A stretch of DNA of 63,656 bases, counting the filler, from Octopus bimaculoides (taxonomy: Eukaryota), in NCBI RefSeq assembly GCF_001194135.2. It is 4 parts of 4 records of this genome, joined end to end, with 100 filler letters (N's around TTAATTAATTAA, not from the genome) between each part and the next. Parts side by side here need not be neighbours in the genome. Positions count along the whole stretch, not along the records: positions 23,816 to 50,541 come from NC_068982.1; positions 50,642 to 62,046 come from NC_068986.1; 2 more parts are not named here. One strand, given 5' to 3'. Position numbers and translations under genes: made by a program. Position 1 is the stretch's first letter. The number at the start of each line of letters is the position of its first letter. Positions 40,346 through 52,848 of this stretch are shown here, in pieces. Below the pieces are notes generated by a model, which saw nothing but the letters and a program-made list of their open reading frames with translations, ran no database searches and was not told the DNA's origin.

Positions 40346-41615
40346 TAGGTTGTTGCGGGGAATAAATTGCCGATTAAATTACGTAAAAATGAAAATAACA
40401 CTGACATCCCATTGTAACATATATATTTAACAAATTTACAAAAATATTTCTTGAAATACTAAAGAGAAAATTTATTCAATAAAATCACCATTGGCTTCGA
40501 ACCACAGCCTCTAGACAACTTCGGAATCTAGTGCAACGCTTCTGGACCGTCTCCTTGACTAATTTGGTGAATGCTGCCAAAAGCATTGCCTTCACTTTGT
40601 CTTTGGCGTTACAATGAGTTTTCTTGGTCACTCAATCAACTGCACTTCACACATAATAACCAAGAGGGTTGAGTCTGGGGTGTCAAGTGGCCAGATGACA
40701 GGTATGATGTGGTTGTAGAAATTGTCTGACAGCCGTGACTAGTCTCTCTTACTTGTGTTGCCAGACATAGTGTCTTCCAGTAGCCACTGTCTTGACTCAT
40801 TTCAGCACTTCCTCCTACAGGCACTTCATATAGGCCTCCGTGTTGAGTCTGAGGCAGTGTGGGAAGATGAATAAAGGTATAACGTCACGATCACTAGTGG
40901 TCACTTCAGACACCATGATGTTGACTGGATGTTTGATTTCTTTCACTATGGGTACATGTTTTGGGGACACAGGGAGCCAACAGTTGTTTTCTGTGTTCAA
41001 CATTTCATCCATGCAGAAAGTTTTCTTTTCTGAGAAAAAACAATGCATGTGCGGTCGGCGTGGACGCTTGGGTTTGTTCAAAAGCTTCATACGGTGGTCT
41101 TTCCTCTTGTTCTTGATGGTTTGGGATAAACATTTCTCATCGTTTATGCGGAATATCGATTTTTTTCATGCACTACCTGCCTGAAAAGAAGCTCTGATAC
41201 TAGCATTTCCTGGTGATAGACCTGATTGACTTGCAGGGATCGTTGTCTGTAATGGACTGGATCTCACCAACAAATTCAGGAGTTCTTTTCTAATCAGAAT
41301 GATCAGAGTGAGTTTTCCGAACTGCCGCATCTTCGTAATCACTATTAGACACATGCACCTCTTTCCGAATCCTATGCATTGTCCTGACATTCACACCCAA
41401 ACACTATGAAATCTTCGTATTGGAGCTTCCGGCCCGAATGCCAAGCAGTATAACATATCGTTTCCAAATTTCTGGCAGAATGAATTGCGTCATGGTGCTC
41501 TTTATTTTGCAGACGGTTCCGAAATGACCCTACTATAACTGTGTAGTCGACAAAACCAAAAAGAAAACATATGCATGAAAATACAAAATGGCGGCAATTT
41601 ACTCATTTTCATTGA
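40346..41615 (-). mobile_element. Decayed maT-type (DD37D) Tc1/mariner transposon
   Basis: TIR core GAATAAATTGCCG at 40360-40372 and CGGCAATTTACTC at 41592-41604. Frameshifted transposase: RTPEFVGEIQS..DNDPCKSIRSI; KLLNK..FFSEKKTFC..NTENNCWL..KHPVNIMV..FIFPHCLRLNTEAYMKCL; GRHYVWQ. The first and second catalytic D are deleted in this copy. Confidence 0.85.
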
Positions 41616-41729
41616 CACAGACACACAAACATTCATAATTTGTAATAAGCTTGGTAAAAAATCTAAAATTTAAGAGCACACGTATTATTTTTTAAGCAGT
41701 TAATACATATATGTATGTACAAAAGAGTG

Positions 41730-41848
41730 CAATAGAATATGTACCAGGCTTACAAAGAATAAGTGCTGGAGTCGACTTGTTCGACTAAAAGGCGGTGCTC
41801 CAACATGGCGGCAATCAAATGACTGAAACAAGTAAAAGAATAAAAGAA
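41730..41848 (+). mobile_element. SINE family A, 3' terminal fragment
   Basis: AATAGAATATGTACCAGGCTTACAAAGAATAAG..GTCGACTTGTTCGACTAAAAGGCGGTGCTCCAACATGG..CAAATGACTGAAACAAGTAAAAGAATAAAAGA. Confidence 0.8.
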
Positions 41849-42140
41849 TTATAGCCATCTTGTATAAACGAAATACGTTGTCACAGATGTATACAAAAAC
41901 CGTGAAAAACAATCACTGGCGTTACAGGTAGCCACCTGGTGGAATAAGAATGCAAGAGTTCCCAAACTGATTTTTTCCAGTGTACTCTTTCATCACTTCC
42001 ATTAGCGCAGGGATGCTTCGTATGAAGAATATAAGGTAAAATGTTCAAACATCCATAGAACAAACAGTAAGCATGTATTTTTGTTATTAATTAAAATTAA
42101 AGAGAAGCAGTTCTAAATTAAAGGAGCCTTTTATGTATTA

Positions 42141-42172
42141 TACTTGGAGTTCGATTCCAGGCAGTGACCTGA

Positions 42173-42227
<55 letters not shown>

Positions 42228-42413
42228 CAACAAGATCGAAAAATACCTTAGGAATGAGAACCCAGGTTCGAAATTCCACCAAGACACCTGATGAAGGCTG
42301 GAGGGTATATCGGCCGAAACGTTGTGTTAACAACAAACAAGATAAGGATAAATATCCGTCAAATGTACATAATGTAAATAATGTAAATAATTCCTCATCT
42401 CTTAAATATAGAA
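42141..42413 (+). mobile_element. Penelope-like pseudo-LTR / retrozyme-like non-autonomous element carrying a hammerhead
   Basis: B-box-like GGAGTTCGATTCC at 42146-42158, internal (TAA)n, hammerhead at 42283-42328, and an AT-rich tail with repeated AATGTA(A/C)AT. Family assignment is inferred from the hammerhead architecture. Confidence 0.55.
42283..42328 (+). ncRNA. Minimal type I hammerhead ribozyme
   Basis: Stem I GACAC (42283-87) / GTGTT (42324-28); core CTGATGA (42288-94) plus an extra A; stem II GGCTG / CGGCC with a 10-nt loop; GAAA; palindromic stem III AC|GT; cleavage triplet GUU, with the cut predicted after 42323. Confidence 0.7.
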
Positions 42414-42747
42414 TTGAAGTAAAATGATTTTTACATATTTGTGTAAAGAAAGCGCGTTTTCAGATGAATACCACCAATTTTGCCTGCAGCAATGTGTTTA
42501 CATTGGGTGTCATACATAGGTGGCAATAACTGAGAGTTAAGAAGTTCATATCCGTACGTTTTATAAAGATACACGCAAATTGGTGTATAAGTAGACCCAG
42601 TGGTTAAAACACAGAGATCTCTCAGCAAAATGGTTCCGAGAACAAGTCACTGGTTTCGATTATTCTAATCTTATCAATGTCGTNNNNNNNNNNACGCATA
42701 CACACACGCACGCGCGTGCACACACACAGACGTACATAAACATGTAC

Positions 42748-42904
42748 GACAAATTTCTTTCAGTTTCCGTCTACCAAATCCATTCACAAGACTTTATTCG
42801 GCGCGAAGCTATAGTAGAAGACTCTCGCTCAAGGTGCCACACAGTGGGACTGAACCCCAAACCATATGATGAAGAAGCAAGCTTCTTACCACACAGCTAC
42901 GCCT
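42748..42904 (-). mobile_element. tRNA-derived SINE family A, 5' half
   Basis: Reverse complement reads GCTGTGTGGTAAGAAGCTTGCT..GGGGTTCAGTCCCACTGTGTGGCACCTTGAGCGAGAGTCTTCTACTATAGC..GAATGGATTTGGTAGACGGAAACTGAAAGAA. Confidence 0.8.
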
Positions 42905-43429
42905 AATAGTTTCAATTCCACTTTGCAGTAGAGTTAATTCCTTCTTCAGTATAAATCTTTGCGTGAAATTTAGAATCCAGATAAAATTGAGTATTCTGTA
43001 TTGTATTTATTTTTCTCTTTTTTTCTTTTATCTGTATTGTTATTCGTCGTTGCAGCGTATAGCGTGGGGGTTCAAATAGATGCATAGTGTTTCGATTAAT
43101 TAATTCACGTTCCTAATGTTTGCAATGTTATGCAAATTAGACAGACAAATTAAGTTCTGACCGAGTGATTATACTATAAATAGCTGCAAGCCACTATTTT
43201 CTCTCTGTAGAAGAACAAGTAACAATTCTCTGATGGTGTGTCAATATAGGTTGAAACTAATCAGCTCAATCTAGTCTTTATGCTGACAAGGGTGGGGGCC
43301 GCTTGCGATTTAACCTCAATGTCTGCTTCCCGTAGGAGGAACTCTTCACTAAAAACACCAGCTTGTAAGTTTCTCGAACACATATGATTTTTATCATGCG
43401 GCTGTCTAGTCCCCTATCTCTCACTCACT

Positions 43430-43461
<32 letters not shown>

Positions 43462-43960
43462 NNNNNNNNNNCACGCAAGCCACATAGAGAACATTCTACT
43501 TCATCAGCTACCTACGTATTAACACCGGCGTTTCGAAGAGCTATGTATATATATATATATTCGTACAGACAGACGAACATTACAGACACGCGTAGACACT
43601 TATATTGTAAATCTTCATATTATAGAAATTTTGATTATAGTATTTCTGATCAATTTAACTTAACATCCATCATTTTTCAACGCTAATATAATAGATGTGG
43701 AGGTCAGCGAATGAAAGACTACTTTCATGCATTTGTGAATGTGCGTTGTTGTGTATTGTAGTTAAATGCCTTCCGTCATGTAGAGATAGAAAGTGTCTTC
43801 TCATTTTTATCTAACAGTTAAGGGATACTATCCTCACTCTAATCTTTTCACCATTGCATTGTTACAGTGTTAGGTGATTTGCTGAAAATAGCAATTAGCA
43901 TAACCAAAATTCCACATTAGTCACTATCTACACATATTTTCATACAAACTCACTCAGGTA

Positions 43961-44011
<51 letters not shown>

Positions 44012-44101
44012 NNNNNNNNNNNNNNNNNNNNNNNNNNNNNNNNNNNNNNNNNNNNNNNNNNNNNNNNNNNNNNNNNNNNNNNNNNNNNNNNNNNNNNNNN
44101 N

Positions 44102-44151
<50 letters not shown>

Positions 44152-44937
44152 CACACATCCATTCATGATACGTAAATATATGCGTTATTGTGCTTTCGTA
44201 TGTTGGATAACGTGAAAATGTTTGGTTCATGTTTAGTGATTTATGCCTTTCTGTATATTGATGTATTTTGCGGCTGTGAGAAGATTTGAAAACACAGGTG
44301 AACTGCGAATCAATCATGCATTTTTATGACACTGAATATGGTACACAGTTGTTAATCTAAGGAAAGTGCACGCACAAATTCGAAGTTATAAAGCATTAAT
44401 GATTCTAAGAATACCGGTGATCCAAATGGATGATACTAATAGAGGCAAGAAATATAAAAGTATTAATGGGAAAATACTTACCGTAGAAAGGTCGGATTAT
44501 AAAAAGAAAACTTTTTGCAGTGTATATTTATAGATACATGCATATACGCGTGTGTGAGTGTGTGTCTATATGTATGTGTGTGTGTGTGTAAGAGTGTGTG
44601 AGTGTATATGTCTGTATGTGTGTGTGTGTGTGTACATGTATAAACATATTTAAACTAATCCCATGAACAGAACCTTCATACATAAATAGAATGATCAAAA
44701 TTATGTGAGGGTCAAGTTTTTTTTTTATAACACATCCTTTTATTTTAACCGTCACTCACGTTCGATTCAGATTTACAATTATATTCCCGTCTCGAAGGTG
44801 TTGTAATGCCACGGATACATGGACACACATGTCATATTTCTACATCAGCCATCACATATTTATACATCACGCGCACACATCACATATTTATACATCAGAT
44901 ATATTTACTCGGTGATAATTTAATATATATTCATAGA

Positions 44938-45149
44938 GGAGGCGAGCTGGCAGAATCGATAGCATTCAGGGTAACATGCTTAGCAGCATTTTGTCCGTCC
45001 TTACGTTCTGGGTTCAAATCCCACTGGAGTCAAATTTTCTTTTCATCCTTCCGGGGTCGATAAAAAATATACCAGTTAAGCACTGGGGTCGATGTAATTG
45101 ACTGACGCCCTCCCTAAAATATGCTGGCCTTGTGCCAACATTTGAAAGC
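44938..45149 (+). mobile_element. tRNA-derived SINE family B
   Basis: GGCGAGCTGGCAGAATCGATAGC..GGGTTCAAATCCC..TTTCATCCTTCCGGGGTCGATAAA..CCAGTTAAGCACTGGGGTCGATGTAAT..GCTGGCCTTGTGCCAACATTTGAAA. Confidence 0.85.
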
Positions 45150-46249
45150 GATATATATTCCTAAATAAGTGTACTGATTTTGGCCATATATTTATAGTTA
45201 ACGCATTGAAATTTTTCCTTGCGTGCTTGAATGGAAACATTGAATGAAGCTCTAATTTGTCGTTTTATAGTAAGATAACTAGTTACATGCATCAGTTATT
45301 TCTCAGTGTTTTAATATGCTTGTGAGTCATTTTAGACATAGACAGTTATATAAATTTCCACGGTATATTCAGTCTTTGATTTAAACCCACGTTTCTCCCT
45401 GTCATTTGCACGTTAATAATTTTACTTTATTTCTTTAAGAAAATAAATGGATACAAAGACTTTGTTTAGGTAAATAAAATTACCAAAACAGTCAATGGAT
45501 ATATCAAAGGAACTTCATCAGGAAGCATTGCTTCTTATTATACAGAAGATATACGGAAAATACACTGCATCCATGAGCATTTTCTGTAAGCTGCCGTGAA
45601 TAGATTTATAGAAAAAAATCTAGCATATCATTTTGAACAGGAGGAAAAGTATTCTGAGCTGTGTTTTAAGCAATATTTAGCTAATATTTCTAGCAATTCG
45701 AAAGAAAACTAGGAGATAAGTATGTCGATATTTGGGACCTAATTCATCTAATATCTAAGTAGTATAAGGTTAATTAGGTGTTAGATATTAATTTCCACAG
45801 AAAAATCAAAATTCACCACATGTTGCGGTGAGCCTTCAAACATTGGCATGAATGTGTATGTAAGAAATGCTAATATTGTAGGATCTAAGGTGAAGTAAAA
45901 AGAGTAGAAAGGGGAAAGAATAGAAGAATAACGAGGGGGTCTTGAACGAATGTCAAGAAGCAATCAGGAAGCGAGGAAGATTAAGAATAGAAGCCGGCAG
46001 CAAGGGATGGAATGTCCGGAAAATGTATTTAAAGGCTAGCGAATGCTCGGTATAATATATATATATATATATATATAAAATAAATAAATTCAATATACAC
46101 AAGAACAGGAGAAAAGAAGGAATTCTTATACTGACAGAAATTGTAACATGACGGTGAGTTAAAGGGATTAGAAACAGAGATACTGACAAAATGATACATA
46201 GCCGTAGGTGATATGAAACAATATTGTAAAGAGAAGCAGCATAGAAATG

Positions 46250-46252
46250 ATG

Positions 46253-46348
<96 letters not shown>
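46250..46348. repeat. (AAT)n microsatellite
   Basis: Direct read. Confidence 0.95.
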
Positions 46349-46350
<2 letters not shown>

Positions 46351-47908
46351 GGAAATGTATGGAAAGAAATAAAAAAATATTAAAATAAGAGAGAGAGCGT
46401 GAAAGAAATTTAGGTTTGTATGAAGAGATATTTTGGAAAAAAAGTTTAGAACTATATAATGCTGCCAAAGGCAGACGATATGTATTATCCTTACATAGAT
46501 GTATCTGTATTAATTCAATGAATATGTATTGCGAATGAACGATGAATAGGTTTTCATTAGATAAAGTTGTATAAATAATTAATTATTACGCGTTCAAATA
46601 TAGAAAAAAGGCAAAACCACGAAATATAGAATGATCTGGAAATGCATGCTATGAAGGTCAATGGGAAATTGCCTACATAGCAAGAGAGATACTTTTTGTA
46701 ATTAATTGGAATGAGTATAGCGTAATGTTGTTATGAATTATTATATAAATTCCTGGGGCCATCATAATAATCTGATATTTGTGAAGGGCTGTTTTACTGC
46801 GAATTTGATGTCGGTGTTTGTAAGAGGAAAAGAAAGTAGGGGGAGGTAATTTGGAGGAGATGAATGGGAAGGGATTCATAATAAAGGCTTGGTTCTAGGG
46901 CATAGAACCTGTGACATGAATATTGAGGTAGCAATGATAATTAAGAACATGTGCCGTCAGCTTGTAACGCAAAGGGTGGCATAGGGAGCTAAATGTCAGG
47001 AAATGCACGAGGTTTAGGTAATGAATGCACATATTCAATAGAGACGAATTAAAAGTGAGAAAAGACCTACCACATACAGAAAATTAAGAAGTTATGAAGA
47101 GACGAAATGAAATAATGATGAATAGGTGAAGAAAAAGTATTATTTATAAAGTATATACATAATTAAATGACAAAAGTGGAATATTCAGGGAGAAATAGTG
47201 TGAGGCATGAAATAGGATTAGCAGTGTTAGAGAAATTCGGTCTTTGTTGAAGAAAATGCATCTCAAAAGAAGGCATACACATATATAATGATACTCAGAT
47301 GAACAATTAATAACTTCCATACTTAAAGGTAAATATGCCAATCCAGTAAATACGTAGGGAGGTGATATGCGTTCACTGGTAAAGTAGATTAGTACGATAG
47401 TATCAGTAAAGAAACGTTAATATTCGAATCTAAGTATAAGATGGAGGACGAAAAAATAGTTTTAGATTTAGAAGATAAATTTGCGCATGTCTCTCAGTAT
47501 TTATACAGTGAACCTCAGCCCATATACGTTATTATTGCTATCTATGTATATATAGATACTTGCATACACACACACACATACATACATACATACATACATA
47601 CATACATAAATACATGCATATATAATACATAAATATGATCGTACCTACGTACGCACATATGGGTATATATATATATATATATATATANNNNNNNNNNNNN
47701 NNNNNNNNNNNNNNNNNNNNNNNNNNNNNNNNNNNNNNNNNNNNNNNNNNNNNNNNNNNNNNNNNNNNNNNNNNNNNNNNNNNNNNNNNNNNNNNNNNNN
47801 NNNNNNNNNNNNNNNNNNNNNNNNNNNNNNNNNNNNNNNNNNNNNNNNNNNNNNNACTTCACTTTATCGTGCAGTTACTGTTAATACCTCGTTCAGAGAT
47901 TTAACATT

Positions 47909-47939
<31 letters not shown>

Positions 47940-48007
47940 ATGTTATTGGAGATAAAACTGCAGCATATAGTACAACTGTTATTTCGCTCGTATATGAGGT
48001 ACTGATT

Positions 48008-48853
48008 AATAAAATTTGGTATAAGATAAAAATGTCTGATATTTGTTTCATATATTCAGGCAAGCAAATTTATAATTCAGATGCATGACATGAGATATGA
48101 TTCCATTCACATTACCAAATATTTATATTAAGACAGAGATGATAAGAATATAGAAATATAACAATATAAACACAACATATATATAAGGAACACCATGAAA
48201 GTATAAAGTATATTTTGAATAAATTAAAGGTGATTGAAAGGGTCAGTCGAAACCAACGGCCGTTTCAGAAAAGTTTTAAGGGGTTGCTGGAAATAATCCA
48301 GATTCAAGTCCTTGTATAAAACGTTTCCTTCCTTAGGGTTCCTTTCCTTTGGTAAAATACAATAAGGCACTATATCGTGAAATTTCAGTTGGTTGTTGAG
48401 TATCGAATGGATGAATAAGAATAAAAATATGAATGACAAAATAGAACCGTACAGACTATGTAGTGCCTGACTGGATTTTACCACGAGAAAGGAACCCTGA
48501 GGACGGTAGTGTTTTTGTACAGGGATTATATCCTGCACTTGAATCTGGAGTATTTCCTTAAAATATTTCTGAAACGGACGTAGGTTACGATTGATCCTTT
48601 TAATCGCCTCCTTTAATCTATTCTAAGTGTATTTTATACTTTCATAGAGTTCCTTATATATTTTTCATGTTCTTTTTTTATTTTTTAAGTTCATATTTTT
48701 ATATTTTTTATATTCTCATCATGTATGTCTTAATATAAATTTGTGGCTATTTGAAAGGTATATTATCTCTTGTCATACATCTGAATTATGAATTTGTTTG
48801 TCCGAATGTTTAAGACAAATATCTGAAATTTATATCTTACTCCAGATTTTATA
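48008..48853. mobile_element. Large foldback palindrome (arms about 365 and 393 bp, 88-bp spacer)
   Basis: 48008-48372 is the diverged reverse complement of 48461-48853 along its whole length. The right arm runs into an N gap. Confidence 0.85.
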
Positions 48854-49184
48854 NNNNNNNNNNNNNNNNNNNNNNNNNNNNNNNNNNNNNNNNNNNNNNN
48901 NNNNNNNNNNNNNNNNNNNNNNNNNNNNNNNNNNNNNNNNNNNNNNNNNNNNNNNNNNNNNNNNNNNNNTACACACAAACACACATACATGCATACATAC
49001 ATATATACACACACATACATACAGATATATGTACATACATACAGAACCTAATGACTCATACATATGGATTTATACAAATACATACACAATTATATATACA
49101 CGCTCTCACATAAACACAAACACACATACACACACAAACATACGCATATATAGGTATATATATAAATGTTTGTATATGTATGTA

Positions 49185-49412
49185 TCGCGTTGTCCGGAAA
49201 GTTCGTGCTGATTTATAGTAGCTTGCCTTTCGACTTATTTGCCATGAAACCACCTAAATACTGGGAAGAGGGTATTTTCAAGTTAAAGGAAAGATGGAGA
49301 CGCATTGTGCAACTAAATGGTTCATATTTGGTTGATTAAAAATGTAATGGCAATTATTTTTTGACCTTTATCTTTCCTTTAAAAATCGGCATGAACTTAC
49401 CGGACTACCCAA
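49185..49412 (+). mobile_element. Mariner-derived MITE, 228 bp
   Basis: TIRs TCGCGTTGTCCGGAAAGTTCGTGCTGATTT / AAATCGGCATGAACTTACCGGACTACCCAA; TA flanks at 49183-84 and 49413-14. Retains only the transposase C-terminus (KPPKYWEEGIFKLKERWRRIVQLNGSYLVD*). Confidence 0.8.
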
Positions 49413-49809
49413 TATTTATATCTATACCTTGTGTGTCCAGCTACGACTGCTACTGATGAGCTTGGGCTCTACATAGATTATCATAACCTAATTTGCTTTC
49501 AGTTTTTAGTACGCTGGTTAAGCCACGTTTGAACTTCCTAGTATTAATGGTTATGATACAGAGTAAATATATTGCAATGTAATATATTGCAGAGACCTGA
49601 AGTCTGAAATTTCATATCTCTGGCATTTAATCCAATAAAGAATTGCCGCAGATGATCTGCTGTGTGTAATAATTCAATGCAAAATTGTAAACAACCACAA
49701 TGATTATACATACGTCCAAAGTATTATAAACTTATGTTAGTCGCAATTACCCTCATACACAAACTCCTACATACATACACATATATATATCCATACACAC
49801 ATACATATA

Positions 49810-50521
49810 TAAATGGACAAAATAATGGAAACGCCTTAAAATTTGGAACAAATTTACTTTAATATGGGTTAGAATCGCCTTTGACTGTAATTACAGCTTG
49901 AATTCTACGAGGTAACGACTTGTACAAATTTCAATTTTTTCCAAAGGCATGTTTTTCCCATCCTTCAGCTAAAACAATATCCGGTTCCTGTAGTGATGAT
50001 GGTGGAGGAGACCGACTCCTTACTTGCTTCTATAAAATGCACCATAAATGGTCAATAATATCGAGATCAAGGGATTGCCGTGGCCAGATAAGATATTCAG
50101 CTTCATTAGAATGTCCCTCCTGCCATTCAGTAACAACTTTAGCTATGTGAATTGGTGCCTTATCATCCTGAAAGATTGAGTGACTATTAATTCTGCCATG
50201 AAGGGAAACCATTGGTCGGCGGATTTCCAATATATAGCCCCCTCCCCCACCAAAACATCACAAATTCTCCTCCATATTTAACAGTTGGAAGAAGGCAGTC
50301 TGGGTCAAATGCTTCTTTTGTCTGTCTCCACAATTATACTCGTCCGAGAAAATAACATTCTTTCACTATTTGTACGACCAATTCTGTAGGTTTATACTCC
50401 AAACTAAACGCTTTGCAACGTTTGTTTTCGAAAGTTGTGCTTTTATGATTGCAGCACTCATGTGAAATCCAGCTTTGTGCAACTCCCGGCGAACAGTTTT
50501 TGTGGAAACTGAGTTCTCGAA
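49810..50521 (-). mobile_element. Decayed Tc1-family transposon, 3' part, running into a gap
   Basis: VIFSDEY (first D); TVKYGGEFVMFW; IFQDDKAPIH...WPRQSLDLDIIDHLW; LYKSLPRRIQAVITVKG..PY*. Terminal GGACAAAATAATGGAAAC. Confidence 0.8.
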
Positions 50522-50541
50522 GTGGTCATTAAGCTCTGTAG

Positions 50542-50641
50542 NNNNNNNNNNNNNNNNNNNNNNNNNNNNNNNNNNNNNNNNNNNNTTAATTAATTAANNN
50601 NNNNNNNNNNNNNNNNNNNNNNNNNNNNNNNNNNNNNNNNN
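50542..50641. other. Artificial scaffold spacer N44-TTAATTAATTAA-N44
   Basis: Identical 100-bp construct. Confidence 0.9.
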
Positions 50642-50665
50642 CATCATCAACATCATCATCAACAC

Positions 50666-50696
<31 letters not shown>

Positions 50697-50790
50697 GTCA
50701 TCATCATCAACATCATCATCATCAACATCATCGTCATCGTCATCATCATCATCGTCATCATCATCATCATCATCATCGTCATCATCATCA
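50642..50790. repeat. (CAT)n microsatellite
   Basis: Direct read. Confidence 0.95.
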
Positions 50791-50878
50791 TTCTCTTCTC
50801 CGGATATTCGCATTAAAATGATCCAAGTATGTATCGCACACACACACATACACACACGTACACACACACAACACACAA

Positions 50879-50925
<47 letters not shown>

Positions 50926-52221
50926 ACCCCTGAACACTCTTACAGATAAATAGATACACACACGCAAACACACATACACATACACACGCACATATAAACT
51001 GTGTGTATGCCTGTATATTTAATCATATCTAAATATAAGCACACGCATATATGTATGCCTATATTAAATTATATTGAATATATTTATATATGCATAGATA
51101 TGTGACTGTGTATGTGCATATGTATATATATCTGTGCATGTATACACACACACACATATATCTAACTTAGACACTAATAACCCGTCCCAGCTTCTTTATC
51201 TGTTGTTATATATCTTAGCTTCGCTTCCAAACATTTCGTTCCCCCGTCTTCCTTCCCGGGCGACTTCTTCTTCTTAAACTTCCCTCGCTTCGTGAGAGAA
51301 CATAACAAAAGCAATACGAAAAACGCTCTTATCAAGAGAGATTGAGAAAGGAACTAGTAAAAATATGTCTATTATTTCGCCCGATATACCTCCTGCTCCT
51401 CCTCCTCNNNNNNNNNNNNNNNNNNNNNNNNNNNNNNNNNNNNNNNNNNNNNNNNNNNNNNNNNNNNNNNNNNNNNNNNNNNNNNNNNNNNNNNNNNNNN
51501 NNNNNNNNNNNNNNNNNNNNNNNNNNNNNNNNNNNNNNNNNNNNNNNNNNNNNNNNNNNNNNNNNNNNNNNNNNNNNNNNNNNNNNNNNNNNNNNNNNNN
51601 NNNNNNNNNNNNNNNNNNNNNNNNNNNNNNNNNNNNNNNNNNNNNNNNNNNNNNNNNNNNNNNNNNNNNNNNNNNNNNNNNNNNNNNNNNNNNNNNNNNN
51701 NNNNNNNNGTGTAATACCAAAGACACACTTAGTGTACGTTTAAATTAGATTGAAACTGTCATCTCTGATTATAAAGCTGGTGCGCATGTGTGTGTGCTCG
51801 CGCGCGCGTTAGTTAATATATTACGCACGCACACGCACATACGTACACACACATATCTATGTACGTATGTATGTATATAATATATTACAAATAGCATAAT
51901 GTGGATATAATATTATATAATACGTATTACAATATAATTTATCAGCATACTGATACACTTGTGCACATTATCTATACAATCTCTGATGATACTTCTACAC
52001 TAATTTAAATGTGTAACACTAAGTACCTCTTTGGTGGTTGTGTATACATACATACATATATGTGTGTATGTGTGTGTGTGTGTACATATGTATATATATG
52101 TCTGTGTGAGTATGTGTACTTATATATATACAAACACACAAACGTGAAACTTAATTTAATTAAAATTTTTAATAAATTGAATTTAATTGAGTTTTTTACC
52201 TGTAAATTTGGATTTTTATCC

Positions 52222-52264
<43 letters not shown>

Positions 52265-52304
52265 GTATATACACACATGTACAATTACATACACATGCTC
52301 ACAC

Positions 52305-52358
<54 letters not shown>
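52305..52358. repeat. (TCTA)n microsatellite
   Basis: Direct read. Confidence 0.95.
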
Positions 52359-52360
<2 letters not shown>

Positions 52361-52848
52361 GTGTGTGTGTATGTATGCTTGGGTAGGTGTGTATGTTTAT
52401 GTCTGTGTGCATGTTATTGCGTGCAATGGCTGCCGCTGCTTTTGTATATGTCTCAGGTTAATTATGACTCATTGGAACAAACTTAATTTTGTTTCTTTAA
52501 TCAACATCCTCCATGTAGGTTTGGATTTAATAAAATCGGCAATTAATCAACACTTTTAGATCTAACTACAATCTAAACATCCAAGCAACAAACAAGCGCA
52601 CACATTCTTAAGGCAGACACATGCAGATCTACATGCACATACATGCATCTATACATGTGTCTACACATGTATGAACATCGGTGTCTTCGTTCATATATTT
52701 ACTAGATGCAATATTGTCAGTTGCAATGTTAAACAAGAAACACCAAACGCAGTTCCCAACGTTTGTATCAGGTGCTGAAACCTCCCCCACCCAAAAAAAA
52801 AACAACAAACAAACGAAAAACCCCAGAACAAGCAAAGAAGCAAAATGA

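Noticed and set aside
43472-43547. GAAAC and CTGATGA on the minus strand, suggesting a second hammerhead
   Set aside because: Stems I and II cannot be formed in either permutation. At most it is the broken 3' half of another Penelope-type terminus.
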